From the NCBI GenBank assembly GCA_964016885.1, contig OZ024743.1:332754001-332818000 (forward strand): DNA of 64,000 nt, read 5' to 3'. Positions 21,001-36,000 of this stretch are shown here, one piece after another. The notes below the pieces were generated by a model. The model had not been told where the DNA came from. It saw only the letters and a program-made list of their open reading frames with translations, and made no database searches. The stretch comes from Eledone cirrhosa (taxonomy: Eukaryota). Each line of letters begins with the position of its first letter. The stretch's first letter is position 1. A program made the position numbers and the translations under genes.

Positions 21001-24000
21001 CACGTTACAAAGTAGACTGGGAGTGTTTTATTGAGCTATCAACACAACTTTACAAATTAGACTTGGAGTGTTTTATTAAGCTATCAACACAACTTTACAA
21101 AGTGGGCTGGGAGTGTTTTATTGAGCTATCAACACAACTTTACAAAGTAGACTGGGAATGTTTTATTGAGCTATCAACACAACAACTTTACAAAGTAGAC
21201 TGGGAGTGTTTTATTGAGCTATTAACACAACCACTTTACAAAGTAGACTGGGAGTGTTTTCTTGAGCTATCAACACAACAACTTTACAAAGTAAACTGGG
21301 AGTGTTTTATTGAGCTATCAACACAACCACTTTACAAAGTAGACTGGGAGTGTTTTATTGAGCTATCAACACAACTTTACAAAGTAGACTGGGAGTGTTT
21401 TATTGAGCTATTAACACAACCACTTTACAAAGTAGACTGGGACTGTTTTATTGAGCTATCAACACAACTTTACAAAGTGGGCTGGGAGTGTTTTATTGAG
21501 CTATCAACACAACAACTTTTCAAAGTAAACTGGGAGTGTTTTATTGAGCTATCAACACAACAACTTTACAAAGTAGACTGGGAGTGTTTTATTGAGCTAT
21601 CAACACAACCACTTTACAAAGTAGACTGGGAGTGTTTTATTGAGCTATCAACACAACTTTATAAAGTAGACTGGGAGTGTTTTATTGTGCTATCGAAACA
21701 ATCACTTTACAAAGTAGACTGGGAGTGTTTTATTGAACTATTAACACAACCACTTTACAAAGTAGACTGGGAGTGTTTTATTGAGCTATGAACATAACCA
21801 CTTTACAAAGTAGACTGGGAGTGTTTTATTGAGCTATCAACACAACTCTTCAAAGTGGGCTGGGAGTGTTTTATTGAGCTATCAACACAACCACTTTACA
21901 AAGTAGACTGGGACTGTTTTATTGAGCTATCAACACAACTCTTCAAAGTGGGCTGGGAGTGTTTTATTGAACTATCAACACAACCACGTTACAAAGTAGA
22001 CTGGGAGTGTTTTATTGAGCTATCAACACAACTTTACAAAGTAGACTGGGAATGTTTTATTGAGCTATCAACACAACAACTTTGCAAAGTAGACTGGGAG
22101 TGTTTTATTCAGCTATCAACACAACCACTTTACAAAGTAGACTGGGAGGGTTTTATTGAGCTATCAACACAACCACTTTACAAAGTAGACTGGGAGTGTT
22201 TTATTGAGTTATCAACACAACTTTACAAAGTAGACTGGGAGTGTTTTATTGAGCTATCAACACCACTTTACAAAAATAGACTGGGAGTGTTTTATTGAGC
22301 TATCAACACAACTTTACAAAAATAGACTGGGAGTGTTTTATTGAGCTATCAACACAACTTTACAAAGTAGACTGGGAGTGTTTTATTGAGCTATTAATAC
22401 AACCACTTTACAAAGTAGACTGGGAGTGTTTTATTGAGCTATCAACACAACCACTTTACAAAGTAGACTGGGAGTGTTTTATTGAGCTATCAACACAACT
22501 TTACAAAGTAGACTGGGAGTGTTTTGTTGAGCTATCAACACAACAACTTTACAAAGTAAACTGGGAGTGTTTTATTGAGCTATCAACACAACCACTTTAC
22601 AAAGTAGACTGGGAGTGTTTTATTGAGCTATCAACACAACTTTATAAAGTAGACTGGGAGTGTTTTATTGAGCTATTAACACAACCACTTTACAAAGTAG
22701 ACTGGGAATGTTTTATTGAGCTATCAACACAACAACTTTACAAAGTAGACTGGGAGTGTTTTATTGAGCTATCAACACAACCACTTCACAAAGTAGACTG
22801 GGAGTGTTTTATTGAGCTATTAACACAACCACTTTACAAAGTAGACTGGGAATGTTTTATTGAGCTATCAACACAACAACTTTACAAAGTAGACTGGGAG
22901 TGTTTTATTGAGCTATTAACACAACCACTTTACAAAGTAGACTGGGAATGTTTTATTGAGCTATCAACACAACAACTTTACAAAGTATACTGGGAGTGTT
23001 TTATTGAGCTATCAACACAACTCTTCAAAGTGGGCTGGGAGTGTTTTATTGAGCTATCAACACAACTTTATAAAGTAGACTGGGAGTGTTTTATTGTGCT
23101 ATCGAAACAATCACTTTACAAAGTAGACTGGGAGTGTTTTATTGAACTATTAACACAACCACTTTACAAAGTAGATTGGGAGTGTTTTATTGAGCTATGA
23201 ACATAACCACTTTACAAAGTAGACTGGGAGTGTTTTATTGAGCTATCAACACAACTCTTCAAAGTGGGCTGGGAGTGTTTTATTGAGCTATCAACACAAC
23301 CACTTTACAAAGTAGACTGGGAGTGTTTTATTGAGCTATCAACACAACTCTTCAAAGTGGGCTGGGAGTGTTTTATTGAGCTATCAACACAAATTTACAA
23401 AGTAGACTGGGAGTGTTTTATTGAGCTATTAAGACAACCACTTTACAAAGTAGACTGGAAGTGTTTTATTGAACTATCAACACAACCACGTTACAAAGTA
23501 GACTGGGAGTGTTTTATTGAGCTATCAACACAACTCTACAAATTAGACTTGGAGTGTTTTATTAAGCTATCAACACAACTTTACAAAGTGGGCTGGGAGT
23601 GTTTTATTGAGCTATCAACACAACTTTACAAAGTAGACTGGGAATGTTTTATTGAGCTATCAACACAACAACTTTGCAAAGTAGACTGGGAGTGTTTTAT
23701 TCAGCTATCAACACAACCACTTTACAAAGTAGACTGGGAGGGTTTTATTGAGCTATCAACACAACCACTTTACAAAGTAGACTGGGAGTGTTTTATTGAG
23801 TTATCAACACAACTTTACAAAGTAGACTGGGAGTGTTTTATTGAGCTATCAACACCACTTTACAAAAATAGACTGGGAGTGTTTTATTGAGCTATCAACA
23901 CAACTTTACAAAGTAGACTGGGAGTGTTTTATTGAGCTATTAACACAACCACTTTACAAAGTAGACTAGGAGTGTTTTATTGAGCTATCAACACAACCAC

Positions 24001-27000
24001 TTTACAAAGTAGACTGGGAGTGTTTTATTGAGCTATCAACACAAATTTACAAAGTAGACTGGGAGTGTTTTATTGAGCTATTAAGACAACCACTTTACAA
24101 AGTAGACTGGAAGTGTTTTATTGAACTATCAACACAACCACTTTACAAAGTAGACTGGGAGTGTTTTATTGAGCTATCAACACAACTTTACAAATTAGAC
24201 TTGGAGTGTTTTATTAAGCTATCAACACAACTTTACAAAGTGGGCTGGGAGTGTTTTATTGAGCTATCAACACAACTTTACAAAGTAGACTGGGAATGTT
24301 TTATTGAGCTATCAACACAACCACTTCACAAAGTAGACTGGGAGTGTTTTATTGAGCTATCAACACAACTTTATAAAGTAGACTGGGAGTGTTTTATTGT
24401 GCTATCGAAACAATCACTTTACAAAGTAGACTGGGAGTGTTTTATTGAGCTATTAACACAACCACTTTACAAAGTAGATTGGGAGTGTTTTATTGAGCTA
24501 TGAACATAACCACTTTACAAAGTAGACTGGGAGTGTTTTATTGAGCTATCAACACAACCACTTTACAAAGTAGACTGGGAGTGTTTTATTGAGCTATCAA
24601 CACAAATTTACAAAGTAGACTGGGAGTGTTTTATTGAGCTATTAAGACAACCACTTTACAAAGTAGACTGGAAGTGTTTTATTGAACTATCAACACAACC
24701 ACTTTACAAAGTAGACTGGGAGTGTTTTATTGAGCTATCAACACAACTTTACAAATTAGACTTGGAGTGTTTTATTAAGCTATCAACACAACTTTACAAA
24801 GTGGGCTGGGAGTGTTTTATTGAGCTATCAACACAACTTTACAAAGTAGACTGGGAATGTTTTATTGAGCTATCAACACAACAACTTTGCAAAGTAGACT
24901 GGGAGTGTTTTATTGAGCTATCAACACAACTTTACAAAGTAAACTGGCAGTGTTTTATTGAGCTATCGACAGAATCACTTTACAAAGTAGACTGGGAGTG
25001 TTTTCTTGAGCTATCAACACAACCACTTTACAAAGTAGACTGGGAGTGTTTTATTGAGCTATCAACACAACTCTTCAAAGTGGGCTGGGGGTATTTTATT
25101 GAGCTATCAACACAAATTTACAAAGTAGACTGGGAGTGTTTTATTGAGCTATCAACAGAACTTTACAAATTAGATTGGGAGTGTTTTATTGAGCTATCAA
25201 CAGAAACTTACAAAGTAGACTGGGAGTGTTTTATTGAGCTATCAACAGAACTTTACAAAGTAGACAGGGACTGTTTTATTGATCTATCGACACAATCACT
25301 TTATAAAGTAGACTGGGAGTGTTTTATTGAGCTATCAACATCACTTTACAAGGTAGACTGTGAGTGTTTTATTGAGCTAACAACACAACTTTACAAAGTA
25401 GACTGGGAGTGTTTTATTGAGCTATTAACACAACCACTTTACAAAGTAGACTGGGAGTGTTTTACTGAGCTATCAACACAACTTTACAAAGTAGAATGGG
25501 AGTGTTTTATTGAGCTATCGACACAATCACTTTACAAAGTAGTCTCTCAGTATTTTATTGAGCTATTAACACAACCACTTTACAAAGTAGACTGCGAGTG
25601 TTTTATTGAGCTATCAACACAACCACTTTACAAAGTAGACTGGGAGTGTTTTATTGAGCTATCAACACAACCACTTTACAAAGTAGACTGGTAGTGTTTT
25701 ATTGAGCTATCAACACAACTTTACAAAGTAGACTGGGAGTGTTTTATTGAACTATCAACACAACCACTTTACAAAGTAGACTGGCAGTGTTTTATTGAAC
25801 TATCAACACAACCACTTTACAAAGTAGACTGGGAGTGTTTTATTGAGCTATCAACACAACTTTACAAAGTGGGCTGGGAGTGTTTTATTGAGCTATCAAC
25901 ACAACCACTTTACAAAGTAGACTGGGAGTGTTTTATTGAGCTATCAACACAACAACTTTACAAAGTAGACTGGGAGTGTTTTATTGAGTTATCAACACAA
26001 CCACTTTACAAAGTAGACTGGGAGTGTTTTATTGAGCTATCAACACAACCACTTTACAAAGTAGACTGGGAGTGTTTTATTGAGCTATCAACACAACTCT
26101 TCAAAGTGGGCTGGGGGTATTTTAATGAGCTATCAACACAAATTTACAAGGTAGACTGGGAGTGTTTTATTGAGCTATCAACACAACCACTTTACAAAGT
26201 AGACTGGGAGTGTTTTATTGAGCTATCAACACAACTTTACAAAGTAGACTGGGAGTGTTTTATTGAGCTATCGACACAATCACTTTACAAAGTAGACTGG
26301 GAGTGTTTTATTGAGCTATTAACACAACCACTTTACAAAGTAGACTGGGAGTGTTTTATTGAGCTATCAACACCACTTTACAAAGTGGGATGGGAATGTT
26401 TTATTGAGCCATCAACACAACTTTACAAAGTAGACTGGGAGTGTTTTCTTGAGCTATCAACACAACCACTTTAGAAAGTAGACTGGGAGTGTTTTATTGA
26501 GCTATCAACACAACCACTTTACAAAGTAGACTAGGAGTGTTTTATTGAGCTATCAACACAACTCTTCAAAGTGGGCTGGGAGTATTTTATTGAGCTATCA
26601 ACACAAATTTACAAAGTAGACTGGGAGTGTTTTATTGAGCTATCAACAGAACTTTACAAAGTAGACTGGGAGTGTTTTATTGAGCTATCAACAGAACTTT
26701 ACAAAGTAGACGGGGACTGTTTTATTGAGCTATCGACACAATCACTTTACAAAGTAGACTGGGAGTGTTTTATTGAGTTATCAACACAACTTTACAAAGT
26801 AGACTGGGAGTGTTTTATTGAGCTATCAACACCACTTTACAAAGTAGACTGTGAGTGTTTTATTGAGCTAACAACACAACTTTACAAAGTAGACTGGGAG
26901 TGTTTTATTGAGCTATCAACACAACCACTTTACAAAGTAGACTGGGACTGTTTTATTGAGCTATCAACACAACTTTACAAAGTAGACTGGGAGTGTTTTA

Positions 27001-30000
27001 TTGAGCTATCAACACAAGCACTTTACAAAGTAGACTGGGAGTGTTTTATTGAGCTATCAACACAACTTTACAAAGTAGACTGGGAGTGTTTTATTGAGCT
27101 ATCAACACAACCACTTTACAAAGGAGACTGGGAGTGTTTTATTGAGCTATCAACACAACCACTTTACAAAGTAGACTGGGAGTGTTTTATTGAGCTATCA
27201 ACACAACTTTACAAAGTAGACTGGGAGTGTTTTATTGAACTATCAACACAACCACTTTACAAAGTAGACTGGAAGTGTTTTATTGAACTATGAACACAAC
27301 CACTTTACAAAGTAGACTGGGAGTGTTTTATTGAGCTATCAACACAACTTTACAAAGTGGGCTGGGAGTGTTTTATTGAGCTATCAACACAACTTTACAA
27401 AGTAGACTGGGAGTGTTTTATTGAGCTATCAACACAACAACTTTACAAAGTAGACTGGGAGTGTTTTATTGAGCTATCAACACAACCACTTTACAAAGTA
27501 GACTGGCAGTCTCTAATTGAGCTATCAACACAACTTTATAAAGTAGACTGGGAGTGTTTTATTGAGCTATCGACACAATCACGTTACAAAGTAGACTGGG
27601 AGTGTTTTATTGAGCTATTAACACAACCACTTTACAAAGTAGACTGGGAGTGTTTTATTGAGCTATGAACACAACCAATTTACAAAGTAGACTGGGAGTG
27701 TTTTATTGAGTTATCAACACAACCACTTTACAAATTAGACTGGGAGTGTTTTACTGAGCTATCAACACAACTTTACAAAGTAGCATGGGAGTGTTTTATT
27801 GAGCTATCGACACAATCACTTTACAAAGTAGTCTCTGAGTATTTTATTGAACTATTAACACAACCACTTTACAAAGTAGACTGGGAGTGTTTTATTGAGC
27901 TATCAACACAACTTTACAAAGTGGGATGGGAATGTTTTATTGAGCTATCAACACAACTTTACAAAGTAGACTGGGAGTGTTTTATTGAACTATCAACACA
28001 ACCACTTTACAAAGTAGACTGGAAATGTTGTATTGAACTATCAACACAACCACTTTACAAAGTAGACTGGGAGTGTTTTATTGAGCTATCAACACAACTT
28101 TACAAAGTAGACTGGGAGTGTTTTATTGAGCTATCAACACAACAACTTTACAAAGTAGACTGGGAATGTTTTATTGAGCTATCAACACAACAACTTTACA
28201 AAGTAGACTGGGAGTGTTTTATTGAGCTATCAACACAACTTTATAAAGTAGACTGGGAGTGTTTTATTGAGCTATCGAGACAATCACTTTACAAAGTAGA
28301 CTGGGAGTGTTTTATTGAGCTATTAACACAACCACTTTACAAAGTAGACTGGGAGTGTTTTATTGAGCTATGAACACAACCGATTTACAAAGTAGACTGG
28401 GAGTGTTTTATTGAGCTATCAACACAACTCTACAAAGTAGACTGGCAGTGTTTTATTGAGCTATCAACACAACTCTTCAAAGTGGGCTGGGAGTATTTTA
28501 TTGAGCTATCAACAGAACTTTACAAAGTAGACTGGCAGTGTTTTATTGAGCTATCAACATAACTTTACAAAGTAGACGGGGACTGTTTTATTGAGCTATC
28601 GACACAATCACTTTACAAAGTAGAATGGGAGTGTTTTATTGAGCTATCAACACAACTTTACAAAGTAGACTGGGAGTGTTTTATTGAACTATCAACTCAA
28701 CCACTTTACAAAGTAGACTGGGAGCGTTTTATTGAGCTATCAACACAACTTTACAAAGTAGACTGGGAGTGTTTTATTGAGCTATCAACACAACTTTACA
28801 AAGTAGACTGGGAGTGTTTTATTGAGCTATCAACACAACCACTTTACAAAGTAGACTGGGAGTCTCTAATTGAGCTATCAACACAACTTTATGAAGTAGA
28901 CTGGGAGTGTTTTATTTAGCTATCGACACAATCACTTTACAAAGTAGACTGGGAGTGTTTTATTGAGCTATGAACACAACCAATTTACAAAGTAGACTAG
29001 GAGTGTTTTATTGAGCTATCAACACAACTTTACAAAGTAAACTGGCAGTGTTTTATTGAGCTATCGACACAATCACTTTACAAAGTAGACTCCGAGTGTT
29101 TTATTGAGCTATTAACACAACCACTTTACAAAGTAGACTGGGAGTGTTTTATTGAGCTATGAACACACCCAATTTACAAAGTAGACTGGGAGTGTTTTAT
29201 TGAGGTATCAACACAACTTTAGAAAGTAGAGTGGGAGTGTTCTATTGAGCTATCAACACAACTTTACAAAGTAGACTGGGACTGTTTTATTGAGCTATCG
29301 ACACAATCACTTTACAAAGTAGACTGGGAGTGTTTTATTGAGCTATTAACACAACCACTTTACAAAGTAGACTGGGAGTGTTTTATTGAGCTATCAACAC
29401 AACTTTACAAAGTGGGCTGGGAGTGTTTTATTGAACTATCAACACAACCACTTTACAAAGTAGACTGGCAGTGTTTTATTGAACTATCAACACAACCACT
29501 TTACAAAGTAGACTGGGAGTGTTTTATTGAGCTATCAACACAACTTTACAAAGTGGGCTGGGAGTGTTTTATTGAGCTATCAACACAACCACTTTACAAA
29601 GTAGACTGGGAGTGTTTTATTGAGCTATCAACACAACAACTTTACAAAGTAGACTGGGAGTGTTTTATTGAGTTATCAACACAACCACTTTACAAAGTAG
29701 ACTGGGAGTGTTTTATTGAGCTATCAACACAACCACTTTACAAAGTAGACTGGGAGTGTTTTATTGAGCTATCAACACAACTCTTCAAAGTGGGCTGGGG
29801 GTATTTTAATGAGCTATCAACACAAATTTACAAGGTAGACTGGGAGTGTTTTATTGAGCTATCAACACAACCACTTTACAAAGTAGACTGGGAGTGTTTT
29901 ATTGAGCTATCAACACAACTTTACAAAGTAGACTGGGAGTGTTTTATTGAGCTATCGACACAATCACTTTACAAAGTAGACTGGGAGTGTTTTATTGAGC

Positions 30001-33000
30001 TATTAACACAACCACTTTACAAAGTAGACTGGGAGTGTTTTATTGAGCTATCAACACCACTTTACAAAGTGGGATGGGAATGTTTTATTGAGCCATCAAC
30101 ACAACTTTACAAAGTAGACTGGGAGTGTTTTCTTGAGCTATCAACACAACCACTTTAGAAAGTAGACTGGGAGTGTTTTATTGAGCTATCAACACAACCA
30201 CTTTACAAAGTAGACTAGGAGTGTTTTATTGAGCTATCAACACAACTCTTCAAAGTGGGCTGGGAGTATTTTATTGAGCTATCAACACAAATTTACAAAG
30301 TAGACTGGGAGTGTTTTATTGAGCTATCAACAGAACTTTACAAAGTAGACTGGGAGTGTTTTATTTAGCTATCAACAGAACTTTACAAAGTAGACGGGGA
30401 CTGTTTTATTGAGCTATCGACACAATCACTTTACAAAGTAGACTGGGAGTGTTTTATTGAGTTATCAACACAACTTTACAAAGTAGACTGGGAGTGTTTT
30501 ATTGAGCTATCAACACCACTTTACAAAGTAGACTGTGAGTGTTTTATTGAGCTAACAACACAACTTTACAAAGTAGACTGGGAGTGTTTTATTGAGCTAT
30601 CAACACAACCACTTTACAAAGTAGACTGGGACTGTTTTATTGAGCTATCAACACAACTTTACAAAGTAGACTGGGAGTGTTTTATTGAGCTATCAACACA
30701 AGCACTTTACAAAGTAGACTGGGAGTGTTTTATTGAGCTATCAACACAACTTTACAAAGTAGACTGGGAGTGTTTTATTGAGCTATCAACACAACCACTT
30801 TACAAAGGAGACTGGGAGTGTTTTATTGAGCTATCAACACAACCACTTTACAAAGTAGACTGGGAGTGTTTTATTGAGCTATCAACACAACTTTACAAAG
30901 TAGACTGGGAGTGTTTTATTGAACTATCAACACAACCACTTTACAAAGTAGACTGGAAGTGTTTTATTGAACTATCAACACAACCACTTTACAAAGTAGA
31001 CTGGGAGTGTTTTATTGAGCTATCAACACAACTTTACAAAGTGGGCTGGGAGTGTTTTATTGAGCTATCAACACAACTTTACAAAGTAGACTGGGAGTGT
31101 TTTATTGAGCTATCAACACAACAACTTTACAAAGTAGACTGGGAGTGTTTTATTGAGCTATCAACACAACCACTTTACAAAGTAGACTGGCAGTCTCTAA
31201 TTGAGCTATCAACACAACTTTATAAAGTAGACTGGGAGTGTTTTATTGAGCTATCGACACAATCACGTTACAAAGTAGACTGGGAGTGTTTTATTGAGCT
31301 ATTAACACAACCACTTTACAAAGTAGACTGGGAGTGTTTTATTGAGCTATGAACACAACCAATTTACAAAGTAGACTGGGAGTGTTTTATTGAGTTATCA
31401 ACACAACCACTTTACAAATTAGACTGGGAGTGTTTTACTGAGCTATCAACACAACTTTACAAAGTAGCATGGGAGTGTTTTATTGAGCTATCGACACAAT
31501 CACTTTACAAAGTAGTCTCTGAGTATTTTATTGAACTATTAACACAACCACTTTACAAAGTAGACTGGGAGTGTTTTATTGAGCTATCAACACAACTTTA
31601 CAAAGTGGGATGGGAATGTTTTATTGAGCTATCAACACAACTTTACAAAGTAGACTGGGAGTGTTTTATTGAACTATCAACACAACCACTTTACAAAGTA
31701 GACTGGAAATGTTGTATTGAACTATCAACACAACCACTTTACAAAGTAGACTGGGAGTGTTTTATTGAGCTATCAACACAACTTTACAAAGTAGACTGGG
31801 AGTGTTTTATTGAGCTATCAACACAACAACTTTACAAAGTAGACTGGGAATGTTTTATTGAGCTATCAACACAACAACTTTACAAAGTAGACTGGGAGTG
31901 TTTTATTGAGCTATCAACACAACTTTATAAAGTAGACTGGGAGTGTTTTATTGAGCTATCGACACAATCACTTTACAAAGTAGACTGGGAGTGTTTTATT
32001 GAGCTATTAACACAACCACTTTACAAAGTAGACTGGGAGTGTTTTATTGAGCTATGAACACAACCGATTTACAAAGTAGACTGGGAGTGTTTTATTGAGC
32101 TATCAACACAACTCTACAAAGTAGACTGGCAGTGTTTTATTGAGCTATCAACACAACTCTTCAAAGTGGGCTGGGAGTATTTTATTGAGCTATCAACAGA
32201 ACTTTACAAAGTAGACTGGCAGTGTTTTATTGAGCTATCAACATAACTTTACAAAGTAGACGGGGACTGTTTTATTGAGCTATCGACACAATCACTTTAC
32301 AAAGTAGAATGGGAGTGTTTTATTGAGCTATCAACACAACTTTACAAAGTAGACTGGGAGTGTTTTATTGAACTATCAACTCAACCACTTTACAAAGTAG
32401 ACTGGGAGCGTTTTATTGAGCTATCAACACAACTTTACAAAGTAGACTGGGAGTGTTTTATTGAGCTATCAACACAACTTTACAAAGTAGACTGGGAGTG
32501 TTTTATTGAGCTATCAACACAACCACTTTACAAAGTAGACTGGGAGTCTCTAATTGAGCTATCAACACAACTTTATGAAGTAGACTGGGAGTGTTTTATT
32601 TAGCTATCGACACAATCACTTTACAAAGTAGACTGGGAGTGTTTTATTGAGCTATGAACACAACCAATTTACAAAGTAGACTAGGAGTGTTTTATTGAGC
32701 TATCAACACAACTTTACAAAGTAAACTGGCAGTGTTTTATTGAGCTATCGACACAATCACTTTACAAAGTAGACTCCGAGTGTTTTATTGAGCTATTAAC
32801 ACAACCACTTTACAAAGTAGACTGGGAGTGTTTTATTGAGCTATGAACACACCCAATTTACAAAGTAGACTGGGAGTGTTTTATTGAGGTATCAACACAA
32901 CTTTAGAAAGTAGAGTGGGAGTGTTCTATTGAGCTATCAACACAACTTTACAAAGTAGACTGGGACTGTTTTATTGAGCTATCGACACAATCACTTTACA

Positions 33001-36000
33001 AAGTAGACTGGGAGTGTTTTATTGAGCTATTAACACAACCACTTTACAAAGTAGACTGGGAGTGTTTTATTGAGCTATCAACACAACTTTACAAAGTGGG
33101 ATGGGAATGTTTTATTGAGCCATCAACACAACTTTACAAAGTAGACTGGGAGTGTTTTCTTGAGCTATCAACACAACCACTTTAGAAAGTAGACTGGGAG
33201 TGTTTTATTGAGCTATCAACACAACCACTTTACAAAGTAGACTGGGAGTGTTTTTTTGAGCTATCAACACAACTCTTCAAAGTGGGCTGGGAGTATTTTA
33301 TTGAGCTATCAACACAAATTTACAAAGTAGACTGGGAGTGTTTTATTGAGCTATCAACAGAACTTTACAAAGTAGACTGGGAGTGTTTTATTGAGCTATC
33401 AACAGAACTTTACAAAGTAGACGAGGACTATTTTATTGAGCTATCGACACAATCACTTTACAAAGTAGACTGGGAGTGTTTTATTGAGTTATCAACACAA
33501 CGTTACAAAGTAGACTGGGAGTGTTTTATTGAGCTATCAACACCACTTTACAAAGTAGACTGTGAGTGTTTTATTGAGCTAACAACATAACTTTAAAAAG
33601 TAGACTGGGAGTGTTTTATTGAGCTATTAACACAACCACTTTACAAAGTAGACTGGGAGTGTTTTATTGAGCTATCAACACAACCACTTTACAAAGTCGA
33701 CTGGGACTGTTTTATTGAGCTATCAACACAACTTTACAAAGTAGACTGGGAGTGTTTTATTGAGCTATCAACACAACCACTTTACAAAGTAGACTGGGAG
33801 TCTCTAATTGAGCTATCAACACAACTTTATAAAGTAGACTGGGAGTGTTTTATTGAGCTATCGACACAATCACGTTACAAAGTAGACTGGGAGTGTTTTA
33901 CTGAGCTATCAACACAACCACTTTACAAAGTAGACTGGGAGTGTTTTATTGAGCTATCAACACAACTTTACAAAGTAGAATGGGAGTGTTTTATTGAGCT
34001 ATCGACACAATCACTTTACAAAGTAGTCTCTGAGTATTTTATTGAGCTATTAACACAACCACTTTACAAAGTAGACTGGGAGTGTTTTATTGAGCTATCA
34101 ACACAACCACTTTACAAAGTAGACTGGGAGTGTTTTATTGAGCTATCAACACAACCACTTTACAAAGTAGACTGGGAGTGTTTTATTGAGCTATCAACAC
34201 AACTTTACAAAGTAGACTGGGAGTGTTTTATTGAACTATCAACACAACCGCTTTACAAAGTAGACTGGAAGTGTTTTATTGAGCTATCAACACAACTTTA
34301 CAAAGTGGGCTGGGAGAGTTTTATTGAGCTATCAACACAACTTTACAAAGTGGACTGGGAGTGTTTTATTAAGCTATCAACACAACTTTACAAAGTAGAC
34401 TGGGAATGTTTTATTGAGCTATCAACACAACAACTTTGCAAAGTAGACTGGGAGTGTTTTATTGAGCTATCAACACAATCACTTTACAAAGTAGACTGGG
34501 AGTGTTTTCTTGAGCTATCAACACAACCACTTTAGAAAGTAGACTGGGAGTGTTTTATTGAGCTATCAACACAACTCTTCAAAGTAGGCTGGGGGTATTT
34601 TATTGAGCTATCAACACAAATTTACAAAGTAGACTGGGAGTGTTTTATTGAGCTATCAACAGAACTTTACAAATTAGATTGGGAGTGTTTTATTGAGCTA
34701 TCAACACAACCACTTTACAAAGTAGACTGGGAGTGTTTTATTGAGCTATCAACAGAACTTTACAAAGTAGACGGGGACTGTTTTATTGATCTATCGACAC
34801 AATCACTTTACAAAGTAGACTGGGAGTGTTTTATTGAGCTATCAACATCACTTTACAAGGTAGACTGTGAGTGTTTTATTGAGCTAACAACACAACTTTA
34901 CAAAGTAGACTGGGAGTGTTTTATTGAGCTATTAACACAACCACTTTACAAAGTAGACTGGGAGTGTTTTATTGAGCTATCAACACAACCACTTTACAAA
35001 GTAGACTGGGACTGTTTTATTGAGCTATCAACACAACTTTACAAAGTAGACTGGGAGTGTTTTATTGAGCTATAAAAACAAGCACTTTACAAAGTAGACT
35101 GGGAGTGTTTTATTGAGCTATCAACACAACTTTACAAAGTAGACTGGGAGTGTTTTATTGAGCTATCAACACAACCACTTTATAAATTAGACTGGGAGTG
35201 TTTTATTGAACTATCAACACAACCACTTTACAAAGTAGACTGGGAGTGTTTTATTGAGCTATCAACACAACCACTTTACAAAGTAGACTGGGAGTGTTTT
35301 ATTGAGCTATCAACACAACTTTATAAAGTAGACTGGGAGTGTTTTATTGTGCTATCGAAACAATCACTTTACAAAGTAGACTGGGAGTGTTTTATTGAAC
35401 TATTAACACAACCACTTTACAAAGTAGATTGGGAGTGTTTTATTGAGCTATGAACATAACCACTTTACAAAGTAGACTGGGAGTGTTTTATTGAGCTATC
35501 AACACAACTCTTCAAAGTGGGCTGGGAGTGTTTTATTGAGCTATCAACACAACCACTTTACAAAGTAGACTGGGAGTGTTTTATTGAGCTATCAACACAA
35601 CTCTTCAAAGTGGGCTGGGAGTGTTTTATTGAGCTATCAACACAAATTTACAAAGTAGACTGGGAGTGTTTTATTGAGCTATTAAGACAACCACTTTACA
35701 AAGTAGACTGGAAGTGTTTTATTGAACTATCAACACAACCACGTTACAAAGTAGACTGGGAGTGTTTTATTGAGCTATCAACACAACTCTACAAATTAGA
35801 CTTGGAGTGTTTTATTAAGCTATCAACACAACTTTACAAAGTGGGCTGGGAGTGTTTTATTGAGCTATCAACACAACTTTACAAAGTAGACTGGGAATGT
35901 TTTATTGAGCTATCAACACAACAACTTTGCAAAGTAGACTGGGAGTGTTTTATTCAGCTATCAACACAACCACTTTACAAAGTAGACTGGGAGGGTTTTA